Positions 1-10,005 of a DNA stretch of 64,000 nt are shown one piece after another. How positions within the stretch are numbered: position 1 is the stretch's first letter; each line of letters opens with the position of its first letter. The notes beneath the pieces are model-generated. The model had not been told where the DNA came from and ran no database searches. It saw nothing but the letters and a program-made list of their open reading frames with translations. Position numbers and translations under genes: made by a program. Source of the stretch: an uncultured Actinomycetes bacterium (lineage in GTDB: Bacteria; Actinomycetota; UBA4738; HRBIN12); contig CAVSLX010000010.1 in NCBI GenBank assembly GCA_963728735.1, positions 12,456 through 76,455 of the forward strand. Reading direction: 5' to 3'.

Positions 1-516
1 GGCGTGCAACAAGCGCTGGTTGGGCTCGCTGCCGGCGTGGAGCTCGCTGCCAGAGCTGTGGATACGGATCCCGCTGCGGCCAAGGAGCTGCTCGCTGAGG
101 TCGGCCGAGATGTGCTGCGCACGTTGGAGGACGCGCGAGAGCTCGCGCACCAGATCTACCCGCCGCTGCTCGAGGCGGGAGGTTTGATCGCGGCGCTGCG
201 CTCGGCTGCCGCGAGCATCGGCGTACCGATCCGCATCGGCGTGACGCCGAATACGGACCTTCCGCCGCCGATCGCGGGCATCGTGTACTTCTGCTGTCTC
301 GACCTGCTGGAGCATGCAGACGCCGGGACGCCCGTGACGATCACGGTTCGTAGCGAGGGGAACGAGCTGACCTTCGAGGTCACCGCGGCCCGCGAGCTGG
401 GCGCGGGAAACCCCTCATTGCGCGATCGCGTCGAAGCGCTGGGCGGTCGGCTGATCCGCAGCTCAGGGCCGGATCACGGAGCCCGAGTGCTCGGCTCGCT
501 CCCTCTCCCCGGATGA
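1..516 (+). CDS. Sensor histidine kinase, C-terminal part (5' end lies outside the window)
   Basis: Frame is open from the window edge. H-box-like ELAHQIYPPLLEAGGL is followed by an HATPase-like block (VTITVRSEGNELTFEV ... ALGGRL). Convergent with a NarL/LuxR response regulator. Confidence 0.7.
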   Translation, partial: GVQQALVGLAAGVELAARAVDTDPAAAKELLAEVGRDVLRTLEDARELAHQIYPPLLEAGGLIAALRSAAASIGVPIRIGVTPNTDLPPPIAGIVYFCCLDLLEHADAGTPVTITVRSEGNELTFEVTAARELGAGNPSLRDRVEALGGRLIRSSGPDHGARVLGSLPLPG

Positions 517-518
517 AG

Positions 519-1183
519 TTAGTCACCTTCGGCCAGGTAGAGGACCACGGCCGCCACGCGCTTGTGGATCGATGGCTCCCAGGTCAGTCCCAGCTTGAGG
601 AAGATCGAGTGGATCACCTTCTCGACCGAGCTCTCGGTGAGGTAGAGCGTCTCTCCGATCGCCGCGTTGGTCTTGCCGGCAGCCATCTCACGCAGCACGT
701 CGTGCTCGCGCGAGGTCAATCCGCTGAGCGGCGACTCCTCGCCTCGCGCGTTCTCGGCCACCAGCGCCTCGACGACCTTCGGGTCGATCACCGAGCCGCC
801 ATCGGCGACGGTGTGGATCGCCGCCACCAGTTGTTCCAGGTCCTGGATGCGCTCCTTCAACAAGTAGGAGCGTTTCGCGCTCCCACTCTCCAGGAGCGAC
901 AGCGCGTAGCTCGGGGTCGCGTATTGACTCAGCACGACGACCCCGATGTCGGGATGGGTCGAGCGCAGTCGACCGGCGGCCTGGATCCCCTCGTCGCTGT
1001 TCCCGGGAGGCATGCGGATGTCGGTGACGACCACGTCCGGATGCTCCGCCTCGACGGCCGCGAGCAGAGAATCGAGATCGCCACAGACCGCTGCAACCTC
1101 GAGATCGGGTCGTGTCTCCAGCAGCCCCGTATACCTTCGCGGACGAGGTAATGATCCTCCGCGAGCACGAGCCGGATCGGCAC
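519..1183 (-). pseudogene. NarL/LuxR-family response regulator with the reading frame broken once
   Basis: N-terminus MPIRLVLAEDHYLVREGIRG (GTG 1183) is in one frame. The rest (LLETRPDLEV..VVTDIRMPP.. HTH LTSREHDVLREMAAGKTNAAIGETLYLTESSVEKVIHSIFLKL) is in another. Length 665 nt = 3n+2, so one base appears to be missing near 1120-1130. Confidence 0.8.
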
Positions 1184-1189
1184 GCCGAG

Positions 1190-1195
1190 AGGATA
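1190..1195 (-). promoter_or_regulatory. -10 box TATCCT, 6 nt upstream of GTG 1183 (leaderless response-regulator gene)
   Basis: Minus strand reads TATCCT-ctcggc-GTG with no SD. The box overlaps the SD region of the divergent gene at 1201. Confidence 0.5.
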
Positions 1196-1200
1196 CGCCT

Positions 1201-1566
1201 ATGCCGGTCGTGCTGATCGTCGATGACGACGAGAGGAATCGGAAGCTCGCGCGAGACGTCCTTCGTGACGCCGGGTTCGAGACACTGGAGGCTCCCACCG
1301 GTGCCAAAGCGATCACGCTCGCAAGCGATCACGTTCCGGACGTGATCCTGATGGATCTCCGGCTTCCGGACATGGGCGGCGCCGAGGTCGTGCGGAGGCT
1401 CCGTGACGACGAGCGCATATCCCGGATACCGATCGTCGCCACGAGCGCGTCGCCGTTGCAGGGGAGCGACGACTGGCTCGCGGAAGCCGGCTTTGCCGGT
1501 TTCCTCGACAAGCCGATCCATGTCGGCACGTTCCCCGACGAGGTGAAGCGTTTCTGCGCCGAGTGA
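1201..1566 (+). CDS. Single-domain CheY-like response regulator
   Basis: SD GAGAGGA lies before ATG 1201. 121 aa with receiver motifs LIVDDDERN, ILMDLRLPDMGG, FLDKP. Confidence 0.9.
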   Translation: MPVVLIVDDDERNRKLARDVLRDAGFETLEAPTGAKAITLASDHVPDVILMDLRLPDMGGAEVVRRLRDDERISRIPIVATSASPLQGSDDWLAEAGFAGFLDKPIHVGTFPDEVKRFCAE

Positions 1567-1737
1567 CGAAGGACGATCGTCGTCACTGCACCCTGCTAGC
1601 ACCCCCAAGAGGTGAGGCCGGCAGGGTGGGCACGGGCATCTGACCTTCCTACCGTCTGCCTCTGGACGGATCAGCGCGGTGGTGTGAACATCGTCGGCAC
1701 CGACAGCCCGCGCGAGCTGAGCGGAAGGGAGACTCAC

Positions 1738-2241
1738 ATGAGGAGGCTCTCGATCAGCGGAGCACTCGGGGTCTTGGTCCTCGTTCTCGCCGCCTGCGGC
1801 GGTTCGAGCGCGATGACTTTGAGCGAGCAGACGTCCCTCCAGCGGAAGGCAGACTTCTGGGAGATCGACCAGATCGAGAAGGACTTCCACGAGGCCACGA
1901 CGACGAAGAACATCGATCTGATGATCAGCCTCTGGACGCCGACAGCGACCCTGAGCGTAGGCCCGGCGACCGCTACGGGAACAGAGGAGATCCGGAAGTT
2001 CTGGCTCGAGAAGTCCGACGCGTTCGATCCCACGAATCACTGGATCTCGGATCACCCCGCGTACAAGGTCGAGATCACGGTGGCCGGCGACCGGGGCACG
2101 CTGCACTTCGAGTGCCATTACGTCGATTTCGAAACCGCAAAGGTCCACCTGACCACGGTGGCGGATCTGGACGTTGCGCGGATCGACGGACGCTGGCTGA
2201 TCACGAACATGGTCGCCGGATCGACCGGCCTGACCCCCTGA
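1738..2241 (+). CDS. Lipoprotein, SnoaL/NTF2-like (DUF4440-type) by pattern
   Basis: SD GGAAGGGAG lies before ATG 1738. Signal peptide with lipobox LVLAAC. The fold assignment is from sequence pattern only. Confidence 0.65.
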   Translation: MRRLSISGALGVLVLVLAACGGSSAMTLSEQTSLQRKADFWEIDQIEKDFHEATTTKNIDLMISLWTPTATLSVGPATATGTEEIRKFWLEKSDAFDPTNHWISDHPAYKVEITVAGDRGTLHFECHYVDFETAKVHLTTVADLDVARIDGRWLITNMVAGSTGLTP

Positions 2242-2245
2242 GCCC

Positions 2246-3874
2246 TTGTCGGACGCCCATGCACCGAAGCGACGGCCTGCCGGCGTCGTCGAGACGCGAC
2301 GACCGCTGAGCCGCGGCTACGATCCGCTGGTCCGAGCCGTTGCCGCCTTGCCGGTCAGGGTCCACACCAAGCTGCTCATCGCGTTCGTGGGCACCGCCGT
2401 GCTGCTCGTCGCGGTCGGCCTGCTCGGACAACTCGTGCTCGGGCAGTCGAACGACAGGGTGAGCAGCCTCGGGGCGTTGCAGCGGCGAGCCTTCGCCTAC
2501 GGTCAGCTCCAGCGCGACGCGTCCCACGTTCGTGCGCTCCTCGCCGAGAACGTGGCGGACGACATCTACGAGATCTGGACGGAGGTATTCCCGAAGGGAC
2601 GTGGAGAGATCGTCGTCGCCTTGGACCAGGCAGCGAGGAACGCCGTCAAGCGGCTCGGGGCCGCCCCTGCCGTCGATCAACTCGGGTTCACGCCTCCAGT
2701 GGAAGACGAGGTCATGCTCGACCTGATCCGCGCGAAGGCCGGTCAGCTGTCAAACCTGATGGGGGCGATCATCGACTTCGACCACCGTCCTGAGGCCGAC
2801 GATCGCTGGGCCAACCTCCGTGGCAGGGCTGAACAGCTCGCGGGCGACCTCTACCAGAGCGCTGCCGAGCTCGCCAATCGGACGATCGCGACGATCGACG
2901 ACCTGATCGCCCGGAACGCGAGCTCGTACGAGCGTTCGCGGAACCTCTTCATCGGGGTTGCGGCGGCGGCGCTCGTCCTCGCGCTGCTGCTGGGGTTCGT
3001 GCTTTCGTGGTCGCTCACCAGACCGATCCAGCGGATCGACGCTCGACTGGCCGCGATCTCGTCGGGCGACTTCTCCGGGCACGTCGACGTCGGGAACCGA
3101 GACGAGCTGGGCGCGCTGGCCACCAACGTCAACCGGATGAACGACGAGCTCAGGCGTCTCTACTCGGAGTACGAGGCGGCCAGCCGACACAAGTCGGAGT
3201 TCCTTGCCAACATGTCGCACGAGCTCCGCACACCGCTGAACGCGATCATCGGCTTCTCACAGGTCCTGCGCGACGGGATGTTCGGCGAGGTGAACGAGAA
3301 GCAGTCGGAGTACCTCGACGACATCATCACCTCGGGGAACCATCTCCTCTCGCTGATCAACGATGTCCTCGATCTGTCCAAGGTCGAGGCGGGGCAGGTC
3401 GAGCTCGAGATGGCGCCGTTCTCGTTGCAGGACGCGCTCGAGCGGGGCCTCGTCGTGGTGCGGGAGCGAGCGAGCGGCGAAGGGGTCAACGTTACGCTTG
3501 CGGCGGATGCGGACGCCAACATGGTCGAGGGAGATGAGCGCCGGATACAGCAGGTGATCTTCAACCTGCTCTCGAACGCCGTGAAGTTCACGCCCTCCGG
3601 CGGCGACGTCGATGTGACGACCGCGCGGGTCAACGGCGAGGTATGGATCTCGGTCACCGACACCGGTCCGGGCATCGCCCCCGAGGATCACGAGCGGTTG
3701 TTCGACGAGTTCCAGCAGGCCGACGCGGGGATCGAGCAGCGGGAGGGGACCGGCCTCGGGCTCTCGCTCTCGAAGCGACTCGTCGAGCTGCACGGTGGCC
3801 ACATCTGGGTCGAGAGCGAGCTCGGGAAGGGCAGCACGTTCACCTTCACCCTGCCCGCTGAGCCGGTCCGATGA
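2246..3874 (+). CDS. HAMP-domain sensor histidine kinase
   Basis: Two TM segments flank a ~170-aa outer domain. HAMP ([20 protein letters not shown]), H-box [23 protein letters not shown] boxes ([34 protein letters not shown]). The TTG 2246 start, 4 nt after the upstream stop, is uncertain. Confidence 0.85.
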   Translation: MSDAHAPKRRPAGVVETRRPLSRGYDPLVRAVAALPVRVHTKLLIAFVGTAVLLVAVGLLGQLVLGQSNDRVSSLGALQRRAFAYGQLQRDASHVRALLAENVADDIYEIWTEVFPKGRGEIVVALDQAARNAVKRLGAAPAVDQLGFTPPVEDEVMLDLIRAKAGQLSNLMGAIIDFDHRPEADDRWANLRGRAEQLAGDLYQSAAELANRTIATIDDLIARNASSYERSRNLFIGVAAAALVLALLLGFVLSWSLTRPIQRIDARLAAISSGDFSGHVDVGNRDELGALATNVNRMNDELRRLYSEYEAASRHKSEFLANMSHELRTPLNAIIGFSQVLRDGMFGEVNEKQSEYLDDIITSGNHLLSLINDVLDLSKVEAGQVELEMAPFSLQDALERGLVVVRERASGEGVNVTLAADADANMVEGDERRIQQVIFNLLSNAVKFTPSGGDVDVTTARVNGEVWISVTDTGPGIAPEDHERLFDEFQQADAGIEQREGTGLGLSLSKRLVELHGGHIWVESELGKGSTFTFTLPAEPVR

Positions 3875-4251
3875 CGGGCGAACGGATCCTCGTCGTCGAG
3901 GACAACGAGATGAATATGAAGCTGTTCCGCGACGTTCTGGTCGCGACCGGCTATCGCGCGCTCGGGGCGACCTCGGGTGGGGAGGCGATCGACCTGGCGG
4001 CCGAGCACGCCCCTGATCTCGTTCTCATGGACATCCAACTTCCCGACGTCGACGGCATCGAAGCGCTTCGCCGGTTGCGTGCGGACGAGCGCACCGCGAC
4101 CATCCCCGTGCTGGCCGTCACCGCGCAGGCGATGCGGGGAGACCGAGATCGGTTCCTGGCGGCAGGTTTCGACGGGTATGTGTCGAAGCCGGTGGACGTG
4201 GGCGAGCTCCTCGACACCGTTCGGCAGCATTGCGATACGCGCGCCCGATGA
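3871..4251 (+). CDS. Single-domain CheY-like response regulator
   Basis: ATG overlaps the kinase stop (ATGA). Motifs [28 protein letters not shown]. Confidence 0.9.
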   Translation: MTGERILVVEDNEMNMKLFRDVLVATGYRALGATSGGEAIDLAAEHAPDLVLMDIQLPDVDGIEALRRLRADERTATIPVLAVTAQAMRGDRDRFLAAGFDGYVSKPVDVGELLDTVRQHCDTRAR

Positions 4252-4272
4252 GACGCCACCAGGATCTTCTGG

Positions 4273-5871
4273 TCACGATGGGTCGCCTTCACCCTCGATC
4301 CTCGTCTCCTCGAGGTCGAACTCTCGCTCGAGCCGATGCATGACGTCGCTGCTGATGTGTCCATCGTTCCGCATCTGCACGATGACTGCCCGCTGGGCGT
4401 CGATGAGCTCGCGCACGAGTCGGTCGCTCGCCTGCGAGTGACCTTCGTACTTCTCGTTCGTTGATCCGTTCGCCAGGGTCTCGAAGCGAGCGCGCTGGAA
4501 CGCGTACTGCGTGCGGAAGCGATCGATCTTCCCTCGCGGGATCCAGTCCTCGTCTTCGAGCTCGTCCAGGCGAGCGAGCGCCGCCTCGGCCGCATGGAGA
4601 CGGGCCATGATCTCCTCGTGCTCCTCCGCGCCGTCGTCGCGCAGCTCGAATGCCCGGATCAGGGCGGGCAAGGTCAGGCCCTGCACGACGATCGTGAAGA
4701 GCACGACGACATACGCGAGGAAGATGAGCAGCGAGCGCTGCGGGAACGGTTCCCCGGCATCCGTCGCCAACGGCAGCGAGAGCGCCGCCGCGAGGGTCAC
4801 GGCACCTCGCATCCCCGACCATGCGCCGACCACCCGCGAACGGGCACTCGCTCTTCGCGCCGCCTGGCTCGGCCGACGGTCGAGCGCGCGGACGACATAT
4901 GGTGCCGTGAACAGCCAGGCGAACCGTGCGCCGACGACCGTCGCGATGACCGCGCTGCCCGCCGCGAAGACCACCCACATCTGAAGATCGGCGAGATCCT
5001 CGACGACGCCACGGAGCTGGAAGCCGATCAGTACGAAGACCACGGCGTTCACGAAATAGATCCCGAACTCCCAGACCGCGAAGCCGCTGACGCGTGTCGT
5101 CGCCGACGCGATGTGCGGGCCTCGCCATCCGATGAACAGACCCGCGGTCACCGTCGCCAGCACGCCGGAAACGCCGATCTGCTCGGCGGTGAGGTAGGCG
5201 GCGTAACCGGTCAGCAACGAGATCGTGATCTCGACGGGCGGATCCTCGATCCGGCTCCGGACCTCGCTGATCACCCAGCCGACCGCGAGCCCGATCGCGA
5301 TCCCTCCCACGACGGCGAGGACGAAGTCAGCCGCCGCGCCGAGCAGCGAGAAGCTCTCACCGAGCGCCGCCGAGACCGCGACACGGAGCAGGATCAACGC
5401 CGAGCTGTCGTTCACGAGCGACTCGCCCTCGATGACGGCGACGAGTCGCCTCGGCGCACCGAGGCGACGGAAGATCGTCGTCGCGGCGACCGGATCGGTC
5501 GGGGACACGATCGCGCCCAACGCGAACGCCGCCGCCCAGGGCAAGCCGTCGACCATCGAATGGGCGACAACGGCGACGGCCGCCGTGGTGAACAGCACCA
5601 GGGGGAACGCCAGCAGCGTGATCGCCCTGGCGTCTTCCCGCAGCTCTCGATGGTTCGCGGTGAACGCAGCCGCGTAGAGCAGGGGCGGAAGGAAGAGGAC
5701 GAGCACGAGATCCGGGTCGAGCTCGAGCTGCGGGATGCCGGGGATGAACGCCAGCGGCAGCCCTCCGAGGACCAGCACGATCGGATACGGAACGTTGATC
5801 GCGCGCGCGAGGAGGCTGAGCGCCGGAACGATCACGAGGATCCCGATCAGCAGCCAGGACGAGTCGTGCAT
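4273..5871 (-). CDS. Na+/H+ antiporter (CPA1/NhaP type)
   Basis: 532 aa, about 12 TM helices, then a long charged cytoplasmic tail typical of NhaP-type exchangers. CATCTT lies 7 nt upstream of the ATG. Confidence 0.8.
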   Translation of the reverse strand: MHDSSWLLIGILVIVPALSLLARAINVPYPIVLVLGGLPLAFIPGIPQLELDPDLVLVLFLPPLLYAAAFTANHRELREDARAITLLAFPLVLFTTAAVAVVAHSMVDGLPWAAAFALGAIVSPTDPVAATTIFRRLGAPRRLVAVIEGESLVNDSSALILLRVAVSAALGESFSLLGAAADFVLAVVGGIAIGLAVGWVISEVRSRIEDPPVEITISLLTGYAAYLTAEQIGVSGVLATVTAGLFIGWRGPHIASATTRVSGFAVWEFGIYFVNAVVFVLIGFQLRGVVEDLADLQMWVVFAAGSAVIATVVGARFAWLFTAPYVVRALDRRPSQAARRASARSRVVGAWSGMRGAVTLAAALSLPLATDAGEPFPQRSLLIFLAYVVVLFTIVVQGLTLPALIRAFELRDDGAEEHEEIMARLHAAEAALARLDELEDEDWIPRGKIDRFRTQYAFQRARFETLANGSTNEKYEGHSQASDRLVRELIDAQRAVIVQMRNDGHISSDVMHRLEREFDLEETRIEGEGDPS

Positions 5872-5935
5872 CGCCCAGAAGATGCCACATCGGTGGATGG
5901 AACGGATCGGTCCCAGGCACGGTCTAGGTCACGTC

Positions 5936-6568
5936 ATGCGCGGAGTCACCGTCGCGGTGTCATTCGTCCTGCTGCCCATCGCCGCATGTTCGGGCGCCCA
6001 GGAGGGCCCCGTGGGGTCCTCCTCCGCCGACCCATCGGCGTCATCAGGCAACACCGGCGTCGCGATGATCCCTGCGCCGGCGTCCTTCGTCGCCTCCTGC
6101 CATGAGGAAACGCCCCATGCGTGCCCCTCACGACTCCCCGACGTCGAGGGACGCTACACGTCACGCTCGTTCGATCTCGAAGGCCCCTATTCGGGCCTCG
6201 ACGTTTCCGTGAGCGCCCCGTATCCAGGCTTCGTCAGCAGGAACGCCCCGCCCCGGTTCGTCCATCTCGTCATCAAGGAGGGGCAACTCGCACACGCCTT
6301 CTCGTTCGCGTTCCCCGACGGAAGTGCGGATCCGTCTCCTGCCGGCGTCACGAACGTCCCCGTGGATATGGGGACCTACACCTGGGGCGGCCACGCCGGG
6401 GCGCTGTACCTCGCGCCGGAGTTCCCCGAGGGAGGGATCGATGGTGGTCACCTGGTGTTCGCGTGGAACGAGGGTGACGTGGAAGTCGCGGTCTCGCTCC
6501 ATGCGTGGCGCCCGCTCGAGCAGGCGGTCGCGACCCTCAAGGCTGTCGTGAGCTCCATCGCGCCCTGA
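5936..6568 (+). CDS. Hypothetical lipoprotein
   Basis: Signal peptide with lipobox LPIAACS. No recognisable domain. High GC3 in this frame. Confidence 0.6.
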   Translation: MRGVTVAVSFVLLPIAACSGAQEGPVGSSSADPSASSGNTGVAMIPAPASFVASCHEETPHACPSRLPDVEGRYTSRSFDLEGPYSGLDVSVSAPYPGFVSRNAPPRFVHLVIKEGQLAHAFSFAFPDGSADPSPAGVTNVPVDMGTYTWGGHAGALYLAPEFPEGGIDGGHLVFAWNEGDVEVAVSLHAWRPLEQAVATLKAVVSSIAP

Positions 6569-6667
6569 TCCGTGTTGTCCGCGCACGTCCTCTACCTCTT
6601 CCGCGGTCATCGGCGACCCTCTAGGGTGGCCGGGGGCACGATCGGCACTCGATCGAAGGGGGACGTG

Positions 6668-7529
6668 ATGGGAGAGGCGACGGTATCGACCCAACCCGAC
6701 ACGATCGTCATGATCCACGGCCTGTGGATGACGCCTCGGAGTTGGGAGCACTGGGCGGATCGATACGAGGCTCAGGGCTACAAGGTGCACGTGCCCGCGT
6801 GGCCCGGTTTCGAGGTCGAGGTCGAGGGACTGAACGCCGACCCCTCGCCGATGAACGACCTCGGCGCCGAGACCGTCATCGACGCATACGAGGCGTTCAT
6901 CCGCGAGCTGCCATCCACACCGATCATCATGGGCCACTCGCTGGGCGGCGCGATCACGCAGGTGCTCCTGAATCGCGGTCTCGGCTGCGTCGGCGTCGGC
7001 GTGTCCTCGGCTACCGTCAAGGGCGTGCGCGACCTGCCGTTCTCCACGTTGAAGGCGGCCGGGCGGGCGCTCAACCCGCTGAAGCGCGGGCAAGCCCGTG
7101 CCCCTGACCGCGAAGGAGTTCCACTACGCATTCGCGAACACGATGAGCGAGGAGGAGTCCAGGCCCATCTACGAGCGATACGCCGTGCCGGCGGCCTCGG
7201 GGGTGCTCGCCGACATCGCGCTCGCCAACCTGCACCGCAACCCGCCGACGGAGATCGACTTCGCGAAGGAAGGCCGGATCCCGTTGCTGTTCATCGGCTT
7301 CGGCGAAGACCACGTCGTGCCGCCGAAGGCGACGCGCCACAACGAGCGGAAGTACGACGACTCGGTCTCGATCACGGAGTACAAGGAGTTCGAGGGCCGC
7401 CCGCACTTCCCGGGAGCACCCGGCTGGGAAGAGGTCGCCGACTTCGCGATCGACTGGGCGGAGCGCCACGCGGGCCTGACGGTCCGCGATCACGCCGCCG
7501 CGGGAGATCGGGCGCCGTCGGAGGGCTGA
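6668..7529 (+). pseudogene. Alpha/beta hydrolase with the reading frame broken once
   Basis: IVMIHGLWM..IIMGHSLGG nucleophile elbow is in frame A up to ..NPLKRGQA. The continuation VPLTAKEFHYAFANTMSEEESRPIYERY.. runs in frame B from 7098. Length is 3n+1, with an extra C in the CCC run at 7095-7097. Confidence 0.8.
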
Positions 7530-7579
7530 CGCTCGAGGGTCCGGCGAGCTCCCACCGGCGGTTCGTTGCCGCCACGGTG

Positions 7580-8416
7580 TTACGCGGTCGTAGTGGCCGG
7601 CAGCGCACCGCGCTGTGTCTCGTGGCGATCGCGCAGGCGAGCGAGCAGTCGAGCGATCGGCGCGATGCCGAGCGCCAGCAGCGCGGGAACCGCCAGCGAT
7701 CGTTCGAAGAGGTGGGTATCGAAGCCTCGGAGGCTCGGCGCGGTGAACGGATCGAAGAAGATGGCGATCAGCATCGGCAGCGTTCCGGTCATGGTCGATG
7801 CAACGGCGATGAACACGCCCGCTCGGCCGACGCTGCGGATGTCCCAGAGCGCGGCGAAGGAGACGATGGCGATGAGCGCCCCGAGATCGCTCGGGTCACT
7901 CCCTCCGATCGAGACGTTCGAGCCCCAGAGCGCGACGCCCACCGCCGTGACCAGGAGGGCGCACATCCGGGTTCCCCACGGAAGGGTCGAGGAGCGTCGC
8001 GGCGTCCGCCAGGCGACCACCGCTCCCGGCAGGAGCAGGAGAGCGAGGTCGACCGTGGCCACGAGCCACTCGCCGGCCCACTGCACGTCTTCGCTGCCCA
8101 TGAGCAGCCGCGGCTCGACATGACCGTGGAGCTCGGGCACGAAGAGGAACGCCGCGGCCGGCAGCCACCACCAGCGGCGGACGCCCTCACGGGCGAGCAG
8201 TATGCCGGGCAGGGTCAAGCCGACGAAGAGGACGAGGAGTTGCACGAGCGCAAGGACGGCGGTCGGGAGTTCCGCCTCGGGCCCGTGCACCATCGAGATC
8301 CCGTGCGTGAACCTGCGCATCTGGGGGATCCGCAGGCCGATCACGGAGCCGGCGCAGGCGGCGGCGATGAGCCAGGGGAGGACGCGACCAAAACGTGGAG
8401 CTGCCTCGGGACGCAC
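7580..8416 (-). CDS. Hypothetical polytopic membrane protein
   Basis: 278 aa with about 8 hydrophobic segments. No known motif recognised. Confidence 0.55.
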   Translation of the reverse strand: MRPEAAPRFGRVLPWLIAAACAGSVIGLRIPQMRRFTHGISMVHGPEAELPTAVLALVQLLVLFVGLTLPGILLAREGVRRWWWLPAAAFLFVPELHGHVEPRLLMGSEDVQWAGEWLVATVDLALLLLPGAVVAWRTPRRSSTLPWGTRMCALLVTAVGVALWGSNVSIGGSDPSDLGALIAIVSFAALWDIRSVGRAGVFIAVASTMTGTLPMLIAIFFDPFTAPSLRGFDTHLFERSLAVPALLALGIAPIARLLARLRDRHETQRGALPATTTA

Positions 8417-8502
8417 GGATCAGGTATCGGTCTCGGCGTGCACCGGCTTGATCTCAGCGGCCACGATGATCGAGCCGAAGGGTGTCACGGGAGGTGACGG
8501 AC

Positions 8503-8868
8503 ATGACCGCGCCGACGAGCGTCGAGGAATACCTGGCGGGTGTTCCGGAAGGACCGCGAACCGCCCTGGAGACGCTTCGGAAGACGATCAAGGCCGCCGC
8601 ACCCGAGGCGACCGAAACGATCAGCTACCAGATGCCGACGTTCAAGGATGAAGGCCGATTCCTCGTCTCCTACGCAGCGTTCAAGGACCACTGCAGCCTC
8701 TTCCCGGCGAGCGAGGCGGTCGTCGAGGCATGCGGGGAAGAGCTGAAGCCGTATCTCTTCGGGAAGGGGACGATCCGCTTCCAGGCGGACGAGCCCCTCG
8801 CCCCCGCGCTCGTGACCACGATCGTGCGGGCGCGGCTCGCGGAGAACGCAGCCCACCGACGTCGCTGA
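8503..8868 (+). CDS. DUF1801 (YdhG-like) domain protein
   Basis: SD GGGAGGTGA lies before ATG 8503. Pattern SVEEYLAGVPEGPRTALETLRKTIKAAAPEATETISYQMPTF is typical of the family. Confidence 0.6.
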   Translation: MTAPTSVEEYLAGVPEGPRTALETLRKTIKAAAPEATETISYQMPTFKDEGRFLVSYAAFKDHCSLFPASEAVVEACGEELKPYLFGKGTIRFQADEPLAPALVTTIVRARLAENAAHRRR

Positions 8869-8889
8869 GTCGATGTCGAGCGGTCGCGG

Positions 8890-9618
8890 CTATTGCGTCG
8901 CGAGGACCAGCCTCGAGCGGAGCACGCGGAACGCGCCCTCGTCCCCGGAGCGCTCCACGCCGTCATCCGGCGAACGACCCCAGAGCCACAGCAGGACGTC
9001 GGAGGGATCGCCTCCGAGCGTCGCATCCCAGGCGCCGAGGTCCTCGGTGACGCGCACCGCCTCCTTCTCGAGTGTGACGCACCAGGTTCGTTCACCGGCC
9101 GAGATCCCCACGCGCTGCCCCGTCGCCGCATCATCCGGCTCGTCCGACCAATCGCCCTCGAGCATGATGACGAGGATCTCGTCGACGCCGTCGACCGCGA
9201 GCTCGGCGTTGACCGGCGTCGGTCTCCCGATCGCGAGTTCGGCGTCGGTCCGGTGGACGGCGGTCTCGTGGGCCATCCGCCTCGCCCAGAAGCCCACCGT
9301 CTGGTCCGGAGGCCACCAGGTCGCGGACGGCGTGGTCGGACCGTTCGCATCGAACATCTCGAGCAGACGTCCGTGGGCGTCGCCGAGCCACTCGATGGGA
9401 TCGCGGTCGGCCGGCCACTCGGGCGGCCACGGATCCGGGGCACGTCCGAGCGCGGTGCGGGCGATCTTGTCCTCGTACACCTCGGCCACATGGGAGACGA
9501 GGTCGCGCACGGTCCATCCCGGACACGAGGGGACGTCCCTCGACAGGCTCCCGCTCGCGGCAGCCGCGAGCCGTTTGCCGTCCCGCCGGACGTGTTCGAC
9601 GTACGTCGCGTAGTCCAT
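8890..9618 (-). CDS. Mycothiol-dependent maleylpyruvate-isomerase-family (MDMPI/DinB-like) protein
   Basis: N-terminal CPGWTVRDLVSHV motif and the C-terminal domain pattern of the TIGR03083-type family. Start chosen at MDYATY. Confidence 0.7.
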   Translation of the reverse strand: MDYATYVEHVRRDGKRLAAAASGSLSRDVPSCPGWTVRDLVSHVAEVYEDKIARTALGRAPDPWPPEWPADRDPIEWLGDAHGRLLEMFDANGPTTPSATWWPPDQTVGFWARRMAHETAVHRTDAELAIGRPTPVNAELAVDGVDEILVIMLEGDWSDEPDDAATGQRVGISAGERTWCVTLEKEAVRVTEDLGAWDATLGGDPSDVLLWLWGRSPDDGVERSGDEGAFRVLRSRLVLATQ

Positions 9619-9624
9619 CGGCCG

Positions 9625-9630
9625 AGGATA
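9625..9630 (-). promoter_or_regulatory. -10 box TATCCT, 6 nt upstream of ATG 9618 (leaderless)
   Basis: Minus strand reads TATCCT-cggccg-ATG with no SD. Confidence 0.5.
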
Positions 9631-9640
9631 GCCGCCCAGG

Positions 9641-10003
9641 TCACCGTTGCGAGCCGGCCAACAACCCCTGCACGAAGTAGCGCTGGAACGCAAAGAACAC
9701 GATGAGTGGCACCACCATCTGCAGGAACGCGGCCGGCGCGATCACGTCGATGTTGGCGCTGAACGAGCGCAGTTGCTCCCTGATCGTGACCGTCAACGGC
9801 TGTGTCTCGCCACCGGCGAACACGAGCGCCACGAGCAGGTCGTTCCATACCCACAGGAACTGGAAGATCAACAGCGACGCGATCGCGGGCAGGCCGAGCG
9901 GGAGGACGACCCTCGCGAACACGGTCCACTCGCTGGCGCCGTCCATCCGCGCGGCCTCGAGCAACTCGTGCGGGATGCCGACGAAGAAGTTCCGGGAGGT
10001 ATC
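9641..10003 (-). pseudogene. 5'-truncated remnant of an ABC sugar-type transporter permease (C-terminal ~120 codons only)
   Basis: NFFVGIPHELLEAARMDGASEWTVFARVVLPL is the EAA-loop signature of MalG/BPD_transp_1 permeases. The ~170 N-terminal codons are absent, and the homology ends where the opposite-strand gene at 10006 begins. Confidence 0.65.
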
Positions 10004-10005
10004 GC

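Noticed and set aside
1563-1586. The hairpin GTGACGA-N10-TCGTCAC right after the CheY stop, considered as a terminator.
   Set aside because: The stem is short, the loop is large, and there is no U-tract. That is too weak to call.
6572-8497. The 641-aa ORF starting upstream of the alpha/beta hydrolase.
   Set aside because: Only residues up to ~7095 are hydrolase-like. The remainder is out-of-frame read-through created by the frame shift, and it is antisense to the 7580-8416 membrane protein.
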